From: Malacoraja senta
Lineage: Eukaryota
Direction of reading: 5' to 3'
Assembly: GCA_038087875.1 (NCBI GenBank)
Contig: CM075992.1
Coordinates: 12,588,001 to 12,652,000, forward strand
Length of the DNA stretch: 64,000 bases
The notes below the pieces were generated by a model. The model had not been told where the DNA came from. It searched no databases and worked only from the letters and a program-made list of their open reading frames with translations. This document shows, piece after piece, positions 1 through 11,892 of the stretch. The stretch's first letter is position 1. Every line of letters begins with the position of its first letter. The position numbers and the translations under genes were made by a program.

Positions 1-354
1 GATGTATCTCTAAACTAAACTTCAATAAACCACAATCCATCGCAATCAGACGTGACTTGGCAAACGAGGTCCCACCTTCACTGTGGCTTCCGACAGCGAA
101 GTTTAGATGCCGGAGGTCCGCACATGGTATGGTTTCCATTGTCGGCGCGGCTTTTACTTTGGAAATAGTGCAAAGATGTATATTAAACTACTTTAGCAAA
201 ATCAATTGAGACACATCACCGGGGACAACCGACTATTTATCTGAAAACCTTACCGGGCAAACTAATGGAAACGAACTTTAGCGACCAATTGCAGCCACCG
301 AGAACAACAGCAAATCAATGCCCAACAGTGTCGTGCCCCGACCCGAAACATCAC

Positions 355-562
355 TGCTCCTTCTATCCAGAGACGCTGCCTGACCCGCTGAGTTACTCCA
401 GCACTTTGTGCCGGTCTATCTGTCCCATAATATCGTGACGGCTGTTTCAACCCCGGCACCGTTCATACAGGTAGACACAAAATGCTGGAATAACTCAGCG
501 GGTCAGACAGCATCTCTGGAGAAAAGGCAGAGGTGACGTTTCGGGCCGAGATCCTTCTTCAG
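355..562. repeat. Two inverted copies of Penelope pLTR-derived short repeat
   Basis: 363-411 is the reverse complement of about 475-525. The same motif (CAAAATGCTGGAGTAACTCAGCGG...CTTCTTCAG) caps the Penelope copies at 18021 and 53627. Confidence 0.7.
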
Positions 563-960
563 TTATTACAGCTTGTATTACGGGACCCTTGCGTGTCGTT
601 ATAATTAGATTTACTGAAGACTTTGATAAGACGGTACCTCAGAATTGAGTCGGGAGAGTGAGTATTGGCGTAGTGAAACACCAACTTTTTATGTCAAATC
701 AGAGAGGATGCATGAGCAGATTTTACTTTTTAGTTTAAAGATACAGCGTGGCCCACCGACCGAGAAATACATAAATTTATAGGAGGCATAGATGCGGCGA
801 CAGGTGGGTGAGCGGGAACCTGACAGAGGTACTGAGAATTATGAGATGCATCGATCAGGTAGACAGTCAGAACCTTTTTTCCACAGGATGGAAATGACTA
901 ACACTAGAGTGGTACGTTCTCCACCAGTCTGAACTGTTGATCCTGTCATCAAGATATAGG

Positions 961-1100
961 TGTGTAGGAAGGAACTACTCATGCTGGTTTAAACCGAAGA
1001 AAGACACACAAAAAAGCTGGAGTAACTCAGCGGGACAGGCAGCGTCTCTGGAGAAAAGGAATAGGTGATGTTTCGGGTCGAAACCCTTCTTCAGACCGAG
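961..1100 (-). repeat. Penelope pLTR-derived short repeat with minimal hammerhead core
   Basis: Minus strand reads GGT-CTGAAGA-A-GGG-TTTCGA-CCC-GAAA-CATC-ACC. Same family as 12742 and 26990. Confidence 0.7.
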
Positions 1101-1229
1101 TCAGGGGAAAGGGAAACGAGAGATATACACGGTAAGGTAGAGAGGTATAAAACAAATGAATGAAATATATACAAAACAGTAACCATGACAAAGTAAACAG
1201 GCCAATGTTAGCAGTGCGCTATGTGGAAA

Positions 1230-1520
1230 CTACAATATAATTGTATTACATTGTAATTACATTGTAAAAACATACAAGGAATTTGGTTTGCCATACAGTC
1301 ATACCAAAAAAGCAACAAGACTCACAACTACATGAAACTGAACATAAATATTCTCCACGGCGGCTCCTCCACACTCCTCACTGTGATGGAATGCAATAAA
1401 TTTTATCTTCTTTCCACCTTGTTCTCCCGGGGCAGTCCAACCATCCGGTCGGGGCGATCGAAGCTCCCGCGATCGAAGCTCCTGCGGTTAAGCTCCCGAA
1501 GTCGGTCCCCAACCAATGAG
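1230..1520 (-). mobile_element. Short non-coding retroposon (SINE-like, LINE-type tail)
   Basis: Shares the CCTCACTGTGATGGAA.GCAA core with 34465-34682 (+) and 38413-38715 (-). Confidence 0.55.
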
Positions 1521-1544
1521 ACTCAACAAGACGACTTTGAAGCT

Positions 1545-1880
1545 TGTGCGACTTGGATAGGGGATGGGTGGAGAGAGAGGGAATGCAGGGGTTACTTGAA
1601 GTAAGATAAATTAATATCCATAACATTGGGTTGTAAGCTGCCCGAGCGAAATATGAGATGCTGATCCTCCAATTTGCGTTTGACTCACTCTGAAAATGGA
1701 GGAGGCCCGGGACAGAAAGTTCAGTTTGGGATTGGAAAGAGGAATTAAAGTGTTTGGCAACCGGGAGATCAGGTCGGTTCAGGAGGACTGAGCGAAGGTG
1801 TTCAGCGAAACAATCGCCCAGTCAACGTTTGTTGTTACCGATGTGCAGTATAAGAGTCCACACCTTGAAAAACGGATACC
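1545..1880 (-). mobile_element. Old Penelope-like element 3' (GIY-YIG) fragment
   Basis: Degenerate match to the Penelope copies at 18230-18449 and 53840-54100 (e.g. GGTGTTCAGCGAAACAATCGCC). Confidence 0.65.
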
Positions 1881-2029
1881 TCGTCCAACCTCATCTACTG
1901 GACCCGAAACGTAACCTCTATACCAGACATAGATTCAATCAGTTCAAACTATAGATAGACCAAAGGGAAAGATAAAGTGCACAATTTGTTCTCAGCATTG
2001 AAGCTCATCAATTACATAGACAACGTCGA

Positions 2030-2450
2030 ATGACCTTAATGGGTGGAATCGAACAGTACCCTAGCCTATGGCAGGGACATTCAGTAGCCTGGTCATGGAG
2101 TGGAAGCAGCTGTTCCCGAGTCTGGTGATGCGTGCATCCAACCTTCTGTACCTTCTGATCATCGAGCGCAGGAAGAAGAATGGCGGGAGTGGGTCAACTC
2201 TTTGATTTTGTTGGCTGGTTTTCCGAGGCGGGCTGATGTGTAGTGTGAAGTGTAGATGATGTCAATGGTGAGAATTCTGGAATCTGCCACGGATTGGGCG
2301 ACACCTTCATCCTGCAATTTTTTGTGGTCTTGGATAGACCCTGTACCTATGCCAAGTTGTGATGCAACATGACCAAATGGTTTTTATGCTGCATCTCTAG
2401 ACGTTTGTATGGGTGATTGGAGACATGTCAAATGTCCTCAGTCTCCACAA
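2030..2450 (-). mobile_element. Degenerate non-LTR fragment, probably Rex/Babar-type
   Basis: GGAAGCAGCTGTTCCCGAG motif resembles 12400-12660 and 58790-58850. Family assigned from recall. Confidence 0.4.
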
Positions 2451-2559
2451 TAAGTATCCGTGTTGCACTGAGCTCCTGATGCCTGATAAATGCAGGTACT
2501 CAACACAATGGAAATGCATGCAGTCGCTCAGATAATGCCGCAGCTCAAATCACAGGGAG

Positions 2560-5500
2560 TCTGAACGTGTCGAAGAAATCCTGAAATGGGAGGGAGAGGA
2601 GCCTGAGGTTGTGGTACATATAGGTACCAACGACATAGGTAAAAAAAGAGAAGAGGCCCTGAAAGAAGAATTTAGGGAGTTAGATAGAGAGTTAAGGAGA
2701 AGGACTGCAATGGTAACAATCTCATGATTACTGCCTGTGCCACGCGACAGTGAGAATAGGAATGGAGCGAGGTGGAGGATAAATGAGTGGATGAGGGACG
2801 GGTGCAGTGGGTATGGATTCAAGTTTCTGGATCATTGGGACCTCTTTTGGGGAAGGTGCGACCTGTACAGAAAGGATGGGTTGCACTTGATCTCGAGGAG
2901 GACCAATATCCTGGCGGGTAGATTTTCAAAGGCTACTGGGGAGACTTTAAACTAGTATGGTTGGGGGGAGGGACTCAAATTGGGAAAGCTAGCAGTCAGT
3001 GTGTGAGGCAGGAGGCAGAGAATGGAAGCACTCTGACCCAAAATGTAGGGAAGAGAGAAGAAAAAGACAATAAACAGAGAATAAGTGAGGGTGGGTTTCT
3101 TAAATGTGTATATTTTAATGCTAGGAGCATTGTAAGAAAGGTGGATGAACTTAAAGCCTGGATTGACACCTGGAAGTATGATGTTGTGGCGATCAGTGAA
3201 ACATGGTTGCAGGAGGTCTGTGATTGGAAACTAAATATTCCAGGATTTCGTTGCTTCAGGTGTGATAGAATTGGAGGGGCAAGAGGTCGAGGTGTTGCAT
3301 TGCTTATCAGGGAAGATATTACAGCAGTGCTTTGGCAGGATAGATTAGAGGGCTCTTCTAGGGAGGCTATTTGGGTGGAACTGAGAAATGGGAAAGGAGT
3401 AGCAACACTCATAGGGGTGTATTATAGACCACCAAATGGGGAGCGAGAATTGGAGGAGCAAATATGTAAGGAGATTGCAGATATTAGTAGTAAGCACAAG
3501 GTAGTGATTGTGGGAGGTTTCAATTTTCCACACATAGACTGGGAAACACATTCTGTAAATTAACTGGATGGGTTGGAGTTTGTAAAATGTGTGCAGGATA
3601 GTTTTTTGCAGCAATACATAGAAGTACCTACTAGAGAAGGGGCGGTGCTGGACCTCCTGTTAGGAAATGAGACGGGTCAGGTGGCAGAGGTATGCGTTGG
3701 GGAACAGTTCGGGACCAGTGATCACAATACCATTAGTTTCAATATAATTATGGAGAGGGTCAGAACTGGACCTAGGGTTGAGATTTTTGATTGGAGTAAG
3801 GCTAACTTTGAGGAGATGCAAAAGGATTTAAAAGGAGTATATTGGGACAGTTTGTTTTATGGGAAAGATGTGGAAGAGAAATGGAGGACATTTAAAGGTG
3901 AAATTTTAAGAGTACAGAATCTTTACGTCCCTGTTCGGTTGAAAGGAAATAGTAAAAATTGGAAAGAGCCATGGTTTTCAAGGGAAATTGGACACTTAGT
4001 TCAGAAAAAGAGAGAGATCTACAATAATTATAGGCAGCATGGAGTAAATGAGGTGCTTGAGGAGTACAAAAAATGTAAAAAGTGTCTTAAGAAAGAAATT
4101 AGAAAAGCTAAAAGAAGATATGAGGTTCCTTTGGCAAGTAAGGTGAAAGTAAATCCAAAGGGTTTCTGCAGCTATATTAATAGCAAAAGGATAATGAGGG
4201 ATAAAATTGGTCCATTAGAGAGTCAGAGTGGACAGCTATCTGCAGAGCCAAAAGAGATGGGGGAGATATTGAACAATTTCTTTTCTTTGGTATTCACCAA
4301 GGAGAAGGATATTGAATTATGTGAGGTAAGGGAAACAAGTAGAGTAGCTATGGAAACTATGAGATTCAAAGAAGAGGAAGTACTGACACTTTTGGGAAAT
4401 ATAAAAGTGGATAAGTCTCCAGGTCCGGACAGGATATTCCCTAGGACATTGAGGGAAGTTAGTGTAGAAATAGCAGGGGCTATGATAGAAATATTTCAAA
4501 TGTCATTGGAAACGGCAATAGTGCCAGAGGATTGGCGTACTGCGCATGTTGTTCCATTGTTTAAAAAGGGGTCTAAGAGTAAACCTAGCAATTATAGACC
4601 TGTTAGTTTGACGTCAGTGGTGGGCAAATTAATGGAAAGGATACTTAGAGATAATATATATAAGCATCTGGATAAACAGGGGCTGATTAGGAACAGTCAA
4701 CACGGATTTGTGCCTGGAAGGTCATGTTTGACTAATCTTCTTGAATTTTTTGAAGAGGTTACTCGGGAAATTGATGAGGGTAAAGCCGTGGATGTTGTAT
4801 ATATGGACTTCAGTAAGGCCTTTGACAAGGTTCCTCACGGAAGGTTGGTTAAGAAGGTTCAATGGTTGGGTATTAATGGTGGAGTAGCAAGATGGATTCA
4901 ACAGTGGCTGAATGCGAGATGCCAGAGAGTAATGGTGGATGGTTGTTTGTCAGGTTGGAGGCCAGTGACTAGTGGGGTGCCACAGGGATCTGTGTTGGGT
5001 CCACTGTTGTTTGTCATGTACATCAATGATCTGGATGATGGTGTGGTAAATTGGATTAGTAAGTATGCAGATGATACTAAGATAGGTGGGGCTGTGGATA
5101 ATGAAGTAGATTTTCAAAGTCTACAGAGAGATTTATGCCGGTTGGAAGAGTGGGCTGAAAGATGGCAGATGGAGTTTAATGCTGATAAGTGTGAGGTGCT
5201 ACATCTTGGCAGGACAAATCAAAATAGGACGTACATGGTAAATGGTAGGGAATTGAAGAATGCAGGTGAACAGAGCGATCTTGGAATAACTGTGCACAGT
5301 TCCCTGAAAGTGGAATCTCATGTAGATAGGGTGGTAAAGAAAGCTTTTGGTGTGCTGGCTTTTATAAATCAGAGCATTGAGTATAGAAGTTGGGATGTAA
5401 TGTCAAAATTGTACAAGGCATTTGTATGGCCAATTCTGGAGTATGGTGTACAATTTTGGTCGCCTAATTATAGGAAGGATGTCAACAAAATAGAGAGAGT

Positions 5501-5852
5501 ACAGAGGAGATTTACCAGAATGTTGCCTGGGTTTCAGCAACTAAGTTACAGAGAAAGGTTGAACAAGTTAGGGCTTTATTCTTTGGAGCGCAGAAGGTTA
5601 AGGGGGGACTTGATAGAGGTCTTTAAAATGATGAGAGGGATAGACAGAGTTGACATGGATAAGCTTTTCCCACTGAGAGTAGGGAAGATTCAAACAAGGG
5701 GACATGACTTGAGAATTAAGGGACAGAAGTTTAGGGGTAACATGAGGGGGAACTTCTTTACTCAGAGAGTGGTGGCTGTGTGGAATGAGCTTCCAGTGAA
5801 GGTGGTGGAGGCAGGTTCGTTTTTATAATTTTAAAATAAATTGGATAGTTAT
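2560..5852 (+). mobile_element. CR1 LINE (end of ORF1 esterase plus ORF2), 3' end cut off by Gypsy LTR
   Basis: ORF1 VHIGTND and DGLHL motifs. ORF2 APE (YFNARS, SETW, YRPP, SDH) and RT (QGSVLGP, YADD). Confidence 0.95.
2961..5828 (+). pseudogene. CR1 ORF2 (APE endonuclease plus RT) with one internal in-frame TAA at 3561-3563
   Basis: ORFs 2961-3563 and 3573-5828 are in the same frame and together cover the EN and RT domains. Confidence 0.9.
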
Positions 5853-6058
5853 TGTAGATTGATGATGCATGTGAATCAATCACACGTAGCTGGCATCACT
5901 AACTCCACCCCATTATAACATTTATACTAACGCCCATTCCCAGCACCGTTAGTTGAAGCAGCCAGGATGAACTGACAACACCTCGCTCTGTAATGCTGCC
6001 AAGTTAAAGTGCTGAATAAAGATGTGTGTAAATCTTATATGCTTTGAAGTGATTTACA
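5853..6058 (+). repeat. Gypsy 5' LTR
   Basis: TGTAGATTG...ATTTACA with AATAAA. Direct repeat of 10320-10525. Confidence 0.95.
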
Positions 6059-6073
6059 TGGCGTCAGATGTGG
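6059..6073 (+). promoter_or_regulatory. Primer-binding site (tRNA-Leu-like)
   Basis: TGGCGTCAGATGTGG immediately after the LTR, resembling the Leu(CAA) PBS TGGTGTCAGAAGTGG. Confidence 0.7.
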
Positions 6074-6138
6074 TCCTACCCAGTCCTCTTGTATAACGGT
6101 TTTTATTTTATCTTTTGTGAGTTTTGCTTTACTTTACG

Positions 6139-7734
6139 ATGGCTACTTGTTGTCGGAAGCCTGAGCCTCTTGTCTTTGATGCCGATATCAGCGAACGCTG
6201 GGCCACGTTTGAAATTGATTACCAGCACTACATGAAGATTGTACACCGAAATGTACCAGATGCTGTTAAGGCCTCTCTCTTGCTCAACCTTGCGGGACCT
6301 GGTGCCCTTCGTCGATCCAGAACATTCCGTTATGCTCCGGCTATCCGTGATGCCCAGGACCAGGTAATTACACCGGCGGAGTCTACCACTGACCCTAATG
6401 TTTTGCTGCGTAAACTGGCTCAGATCTGTGAACTGCCCTCAAATCACATTTTGGACAGGGCAAGGTTTTTCTCTCGTCGTCAACTTCCCGGGGAACGAGT
6501 GGACGCATGTATTGCTTCTTTAATGTATCTAGCACAACGTTGTCGATTTCAGGAAATGCCAGCGGATCAGTTGACTGATCAGTTAACGAGGGATATTTTA
6601 GTGAATGGTATCACCGATCAAAAGCTCAGATCAGAGCTCTTGAGACGGCCAGAGTTATCGCTAGATGACGCGGTGCATGCATGTAGAACGGCTGAACTTG
6701 TTGATCCTATAGACATTCCGCATGAAAGCAATACCATCAATCTGACGGGCCTCACTAGGCAGCGGACATACACAGATAACAGCCGATCTAAGATCCAAGC
6801 TAGCCAGGCAGCTCTCAGCGATCCTTCACAGAAATGTCCTAACTGCGGCTATCTACACAGCAGGCAATCCACCCGCCCCGCCCTCGGGAAGGCTTGTAAT
6901 TACTGCAAAAAGCTAAATCACTTTGCCTCAGCCTGTCGGGCTGCTATCAGGGCCCGAGGAAAGAATGCACCCAGTCCCAAGTCTAATCTCATTTTTTTGC
7001 AACGAGACAGCAACATACTGACTCCCCATTTGCAGCTCGAAGCCGCCCCCGAATGTATTTCATTTGACTCGCAAGACGATCCTACTGTTTACATGTTACA
7101 GCATGCTGCTGCCAAGAACTCTGATCCTACAGTGACGATATCTGTAAACAATGTTGCTTTTGGCGCGAAACTGGATACGGGGGCGAGAGTCAATACAATG
7201 TCAATCAACCTTTTTAACAGGATCAGGGCTAACGAGCCACTTGTCAAGGACGCGTCCACTTTGCATGCTTTTGGTGGGGAGGTGCTATTTCCTCTGGGCA
7301 AAGCCAACTTGAAATGTGTACTGAAGAAAACAACTAGGGAATTGACGTTCCATGTGCTGGACTTTAATTCGGTTACCCTGCTTGGCAATCGTGCCTGTCA
7401 GGAACTAGGGCTGATCTCCTTTGATAAAACTGTCCACAAACTGCAAGTTTCCTTTGATCCACTGAATGACTTCCCTGGTCTTTTCGACAACAACCTCGGC
7501 AGGTTGCCTGTGTCCAACAAGATTACAATCGACCCCGACGTGACACCTGTTGTCCGAAACCCACACAGATTGTCATTTGCCATGACTGACAGGGTTCACT
7601 CTATGCTGAAGGACATGGTCTCCAAAGGCGTAATTGAAGCCGTCAGTGACCCCACCGACTGGGTCTCAACCATGATTGCCACAGTCAAGAAGGGAAAGGA
7701 TGAAATCCGCCTTGCATTAATCCAAAAGACCTGA
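6139..7734 (+). CDS. Gypsy Gag, aspartic protease and start of RT
   Basis: Zn knuckle CNYCKKLNHFASAC and protease LDTGA. Frame lost near 7712, where EIRL(C)INPKDLN needs one extra T. Confidence 0.9.
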   Translation: MATCCRKPEPLVFDADISERWATFEIDYQHYMKIVHRNVPDAVKASLLLNLAGPGALRRSRTFRYAPAIRDAQDQVITPAESTTDPNVLLRKLAQICELPSNHILDRARFFSRRQLPGERVDACIASLMYLAQRCRFQEMPADQLTDQLTRDILVNGITDQKLRSELLRRPELSLDDAVHACRTAELVDPIDIPHESNTINLTGLTRQRTYTDNSRSKIQASQAALSDPSQKCPNCGYLHSRQSTRPALGKACNYCKKLNHFASACRAAIRARGKNAPSPKSNLIFLQRDSNILTPHLQLEAAPECISFDSQDDPTVYMLQHAAAKNSDPTVTISVNNVAFGAKLDTGARVNTMSINLFNRIRANEPLVKDASTLHAFGGEVLFPLGKANLKCVLKKTTRELTFHVLDFNSVTLLGNRACQELGLISFDKTVHKLQVSFDPLNDFPGLFDNNLGRLPVSNKITIDPDVTPVVRNPHRLSFAMTDRVHSMLKDMVSKGVIEAVSDPTDWVSTMIATVKKGKDEIRLALIQKT

Positions 7735-10292
7735 ACACTGCCATTAAGCGCCCGCACCATCCCATGAAGACAGTAGAGGATGTTGCAGCAAAGATCGGAA
7801 CGGCCACCCTATTTTCCGTCCTGGATGCAAAGAATTCATTCTGGCAGATACCGCTGGAAAAGAGGTCATCAAACCTCACCACATTTGCCACCCCATTCGG
7901 CAGATTTAAGTTTTTGAGAATGCCATTCGGGATCAACTCTGCCAGCGAAGTCTTCCAAAGAACTATGGAACAATTGTTCAAGGGTCTGCCTTGTGCCATT
8001 ATTGTCGATGATATTCTTGTCTATGGCAGAGACGCGGCGGAACATGACCACAATCTCAGGCTCATTTTGGAGCGTGCTGTCCAGATCAACCTCAAACTCA
8101 ATCCTGACAAGTGCAAGTTCAGGGTTCCAGAGGTCTCCTATGTCGGCCACATCTTCACCCCTGACGGCCTCAAACCGGATCCGAAGAAGACTTCTGTCAT
8201 CACAGAAATGCCTGCACCCACTGACGTGAAAGGCCTGCAACGTTTCCTGGGCATGGTAAACTATCTCGGAAAGTTCATACCTAACCTCAGCGAATTAAGC
8301 TCCACATTGCGGCAGCTGACAAAAAAGGACACTGCATGGTCATGGTTCCAGCAACATCAGGATACCTTCGATGTTCTGAAATCAAAACTGACTAGTGCAC
8401 CGACCCTAACTTTTTTCGACCTGAAACGTCCGGTGGTGATCACCTGCGATGCCTCGAAATTCGGGCTTGGCGCAGCCTGCCTGCAACCGTCTGATGATGG
8501 TACCCTACTACCCGTCGCGTATGCCTCTCGCACCATGACCGACACGGAGCAGCACTACGCGCAAATCGAAAAGGAACTGCTGGCGGTCGTCTTTGCCTGC
8601 TCCAAATTCCACGACTTCGTCTTTGGCAACACGTTCATGGTTGAGACGGATCACCAGCCACTGGTGACAATCTTGAACAAGCCTATCCACGCCGCCCCAG
8701 CTCGTTTGCAGCGCATGATGATGCAGCTACAGCGGTACGACTTCTCTATTACCTACAAAAAGGGCAAGGACATGCATGTTGCTGACACACTCTCTCGTGC
8801 CCCTCGAACATCTTGCGAACAACACCCTCACGAACAGGGGGATTTCACTGTTCTCGGTGTTGGTCTAATCTCCAGCAAGCAACTGCGCACCCTGGCCGCG
8901 CACACTGCCAAGGATGCTACGCTTCAAGCCCTCTCGTCCATCATCAAGACAGGCTGGCCAGGCAAACAATCCAACACACCCACTGAGGTGCAGCCGTACT
9001 TCTTGGTCCGTGATGAACTGGTGGTTCAGGATGGTGTGGTCGTCAAGGGCCACAAGGTAGTTGTACCTGCATCGCTACAAGACGAGTACTTCAAAGAGGT
9101 ACACGGCGGTCACCCAGGAGCCGACTCCACACTGGCACGCGCCCGGGATCTGTTCTACTGGCCTGGAATGGCCACTTACATCCGAGACCGTGTAGCCTCC
9201 TGCCCCACTTGCAACAATCTTGCACCTCATCAGCAGCGGCAGCCCCTTCTGCAACAACCTTCACCAGCCCTGTCATGGTTGTCGATGGCTGCGGACATTT
9301 TCGAATGGCGCGGTAAGCACTACCTCGTTCTGGTCGACTCGTACTCCAACTGGTTTGAACTTGACCAACTTACCTCCCTCACGTCGGTGATAGTCATCAG
9401 GAAGCTGAAAAGACATTTCTCAGACCATGGTATTCCTGTTATTCTGAGAACCGACAATGGTCCACAGTTCACCAGCCACTCGTTCAAGCTTTTCGCTGAC
9501 CGATGGAACTTTCAGCACATCACAAGCAGTCCCGAGTATCCACAGAGTAATGGACTCGCTGAACGCGCTGTCAGGAGCGCCAAGCACTTGCTGGAGGGAG
9601 CGCGCATTTCAAACTCTGACGTCTATCTCGATCTGCTGAACCTCAGAAACATTCCGAGAGACGGAGTCTTGGGGTCACCAGCACAGCAGCTGCTATCGAG
9701 GGTGACGAGGTCTCCGGTCCCCATCGCACAACAGCAGCTGGTTCCTCGGGTGTTGAAGCCTGCCACTATCCAGCAACGTCTCCAAGAGAAGCACGAGACC
9801 CAGAAACGGTCATATGACAGTTCCAGCAGACCACTCCAGCCTCTACTGCCGGGCCAGGTCGTCCGTCTGCGAACTCCAACTGGTCATTCTCGTCTGGGCG
9901 TTGTTGTGCGGCCGACTGATGAGCCGCGATCGTACCTTGTGGACTGTGAGGGAGCGGTTTACCGGAGAAGTCGTCAACACCTGCTTGCTGTGAAGGAGCC
10001 CCGACCGCCGCCTGCCGATCCCTATGCTCCACCGCTCCAGTTCCAGCCACCTTCCGCGATGTCTCCCGCCCGTTCCCGCGTGCCTGCCACTCCCCCACGT
10101 CTATCGGTCTCCAATAACCACGGGGTCTCACCCACCGCATGTTTCCCCCCTCGGTCACCACAATCCTCTCCCGTGCGGTTTTCACCTTCAACCTCCCCGC
10201 CTCATCCTTCAGTTGAGGGAGGGGATGGTTGGGTCCGCACGCATTCGGGCCGTGTTAGTAGACCACCAGACAGGTATGGCGAGTATGTTTAA
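7713..10292 (+). CDS. Gypsy Pol (RT, RNase H, integrase), continuing after an apparent 1-nt deletion
   Basis: LDAKNSFWQI, MPFG, IVDD, CDAS, ETDH, HHCC and the DDE core (VDSYS, TDNG, NGLAER). Confidence 0.93.
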   Translation, partial: CINPKDLNTAIKRPHHPMKTVEDVAAKIGTATLFSVLDAKNSFWQIPLEKRSSNLTTFATPFGRFKFLRMPFGINSASEVFQRTMEQLFKGLPCAIIVDDILVYGRDAAEHDHNLRLILERAVQINLKLNPDKCKFRVPEVSYVGHIFTPDGLKPDPKKTSVITEMPAPTDVKGLQRFLGMVNYLGKFIPNLSELSSTLRQLTKKDTAWSWFQQHQDTFDVLKSKLTSAPTLTFFDLKRPVVITCDASKFGLGAACLQPSDDGTLLPVAYASRTMTDTEQHYAQIEKELLAVVFACSKFHDFVFGNTFMVETDHQPLVTILNKPIHAAPARLQRMMMQLQRYDFSITYKKGKDMHVADTLSRAPRTSCEQHPHEQGDFTVLGVGLISSKQLRTLAAHTAKDATLQALSSIIKTGWPGKQSNTPTEVQPYFLVRDELVVQDGVVVKGHKVVVPASLQDEYFKEVHGGHPGADSTLARARDLFYWPGMATYIRDRVASCPTCNNLAPHQQRQPLLQQPSPALSWLSMAADIFEWRGKHYLVLVDSYSNWFELDQLTSLTSVIVIRKLKRHFSDHGIPVILRTDNGPQFTSHSFKLFADRWNFQHITSSPEYPQSNGLAERAVRSAKHLLEGARISNSDVYLDLLNLRNIPRDGVLGSPAQQLLSRVTRSPVPIAQQQLVPRVLKPATIQQRLQEKHETQKRSYDSSSRPLQPLLPGQVVRLRTPTGHSRLGVVVRPTDEPRSYLVDCEGAVYRRSRQHLLAVKEPRPPPADPYAPPLQFQPPSAMSPARSRVPATPPRLSVSNNHGVSPTACFPPRSPQSSPVRFSPSTSPPHPSVEGGDGWVRTHSGRVSRPPDRYGEYV

Positions 10293-10319
10293 TATGCTTT
10301 TAATCTTTAGGGGAAAGGA

Positions 10320-10525
10320 TGTAGATTGATGATGCATGTGAATCAATCACACTTAGTTGGCATCACTAACTCCGCCCCATTATAACTATTATACTAACGC
10401 CCATTCCCAGCACCGTTAGTTGAAGCAGCCAGGATGAACTGACAACACCTAAATCTGTAATGCTGCTAAGTTAATGTGTTGAATAAAGATGTGTGTAAAT
10501 CATATACGCTTTGAAGTGATCTACA
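10320..10525 (+). repeat. Gypsy 3' LTR, preceded by PPT AGGGGAAAGGA
   Basis: Direct repeat of 5853-6058 with about 14 substitutions by eye. Confidence 0.95.
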
Positions 10526-11885
10526 GTTATTGCGGACCGAGCGGAGGTGTTCGGCGAAACGATCGCCAAGCCCCCGCTTGGTCTCACCGATGTAGAGCAA
10601 CTGACATCTAGAGCAGCGGATGCAATAGATGAGGTTGGAGGAGATGCAGGTGAACCTCTGTCGCACCTGGAACGACTGCTTGGGTCCTTGAATGGAGTCG
10701 AGGGGGGAGGTGAAGGGACAAGTGTTGCATCTCTTGCGTTGCAAGTGAAAGTGCCCGGGGAGGGGGTGGTATGGGAGGGAAGGGAAGAATTGACAAGGGA
10801 GTTATGGAGGGAGCGGTCTTTGCAGAAGGGAGACATGGGGGGAGATGGGAAGATGTGGCGAGTGGTGGGGTCACGTTGGAGGTGGCGAAACTGACGGAGG
10901 ATTACTTGTTGTATGTGACGGCTGGTGGGGTGAAAGGTGAGGACTAGGGCGGACTCTGCCCTTGTTGAGAGTGGGGGGATGTGGAGAGAGAGCAGTGTTG
11001 CGGGATGAAGAGACCCTGGTGCGAGCCTCATCAATGGTGGAGGAGGGGAACCCCCGTTCCCTGAAGAATGAGGACATTTCAGATGCCCTGGTGTGGAACG
11101 CCTCATCCTGGGAGCAGATGTGGCGTAGACGGAGGAATTGGGAGTAGGGGCTGGAGTCCTTACAGGAAGCAGGGTAGGAAGAAGTATAGTCCAGATAGCC
11201 ATGGGAGTCAGTAGGGTTATAGTGGATGTCGGTCAGAAGTCTATCACCTGCGATGGAGATAGTGAGGTCAAGGAATGGTAGGGAAGTGTCGGAAATGGTC
11301 CAGGTGTATTTGAGTGCCGGATGGAAGTTAGTGGTGAAGTGGATGAAGTCAGTCAGTTGTGTGTGGGTGCAGGAGGTGGCACCAAAACAGTCGTCAATGT
11401 AGCGGAGGTAGAGGTCGGGGATGGGGCCCTTGTGTGTGCCCATAGCTACGCCTTGTATTTGGAGGAAATGGGAGGAGTCAAACGAGAAGTTATTGAGGGT
11501 ATGGACCAGCTCCGCTAGGCGGAGGAGTGTGTCAGTGGCCGGGTATAGGTTGCTTCTCTGGTCAAGGAAGAACCGGAGGGCTTTGAGACCATCCTGGTGG
11601 GGGATGGAGGTGTAGAGTGACTGGACGTCCATGGTGAAGTTGAGGGGGTGAGGGCCTAGAGAATGGAATGCGCGGAGACGACGGAGAGTGTCTGAGGTGT
11701 CTTGAACATAGGTATGGAGGGATTTAACAAGGGGGATTGGATGGAGTCAAGGTAGGTGGAAATGAGTTCAGTGGGGCACGAACAGGCAGAGACAATGGGT
11801 CTACCGGGACAGTCAGGTTTGTGGATTTTGGGGAGAAGGTAAAATCGGGCCGTGCAGGGCTGGGGAACGATGAGGTTGGAGGCTC
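10526..11885 (-). mobile_element. Penelope-like element (RT plus GIY-YIG), truncated and internally deleted
   Basis: MDVQSLYTSIP, GVAMGT, RYIDD, and NLIYCIRCSRC...YIGETKR. Confidence 0.93.
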
Positions 11886-11892
11886 GGTCGTA

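Larger units (their letters stand above)
5853..10525 (+). mobile_element. Full-length Ty3/Gypsy LTR retrotransposon
   Basis: 206-bp TG...CA LTRs, PBS, PPT, Gag-PR-RT-RH-IN domain order, GTTAT on both flanks. Confidence 0.97.

Noticed and set aside
245..350. Minus-strand donor (CG|GTAAGG) suggesting an exon
   Set aside because: No convincing ORF or acceptor, and the upstream part is repeat-derived.
7700..7764. Programmed ribosomal frameshift in Gypsy
   Set aside because: The shift lies inside the conserved RT start, with no slippery heptamer. A 1-nt deletion or sequencing error is simpler.
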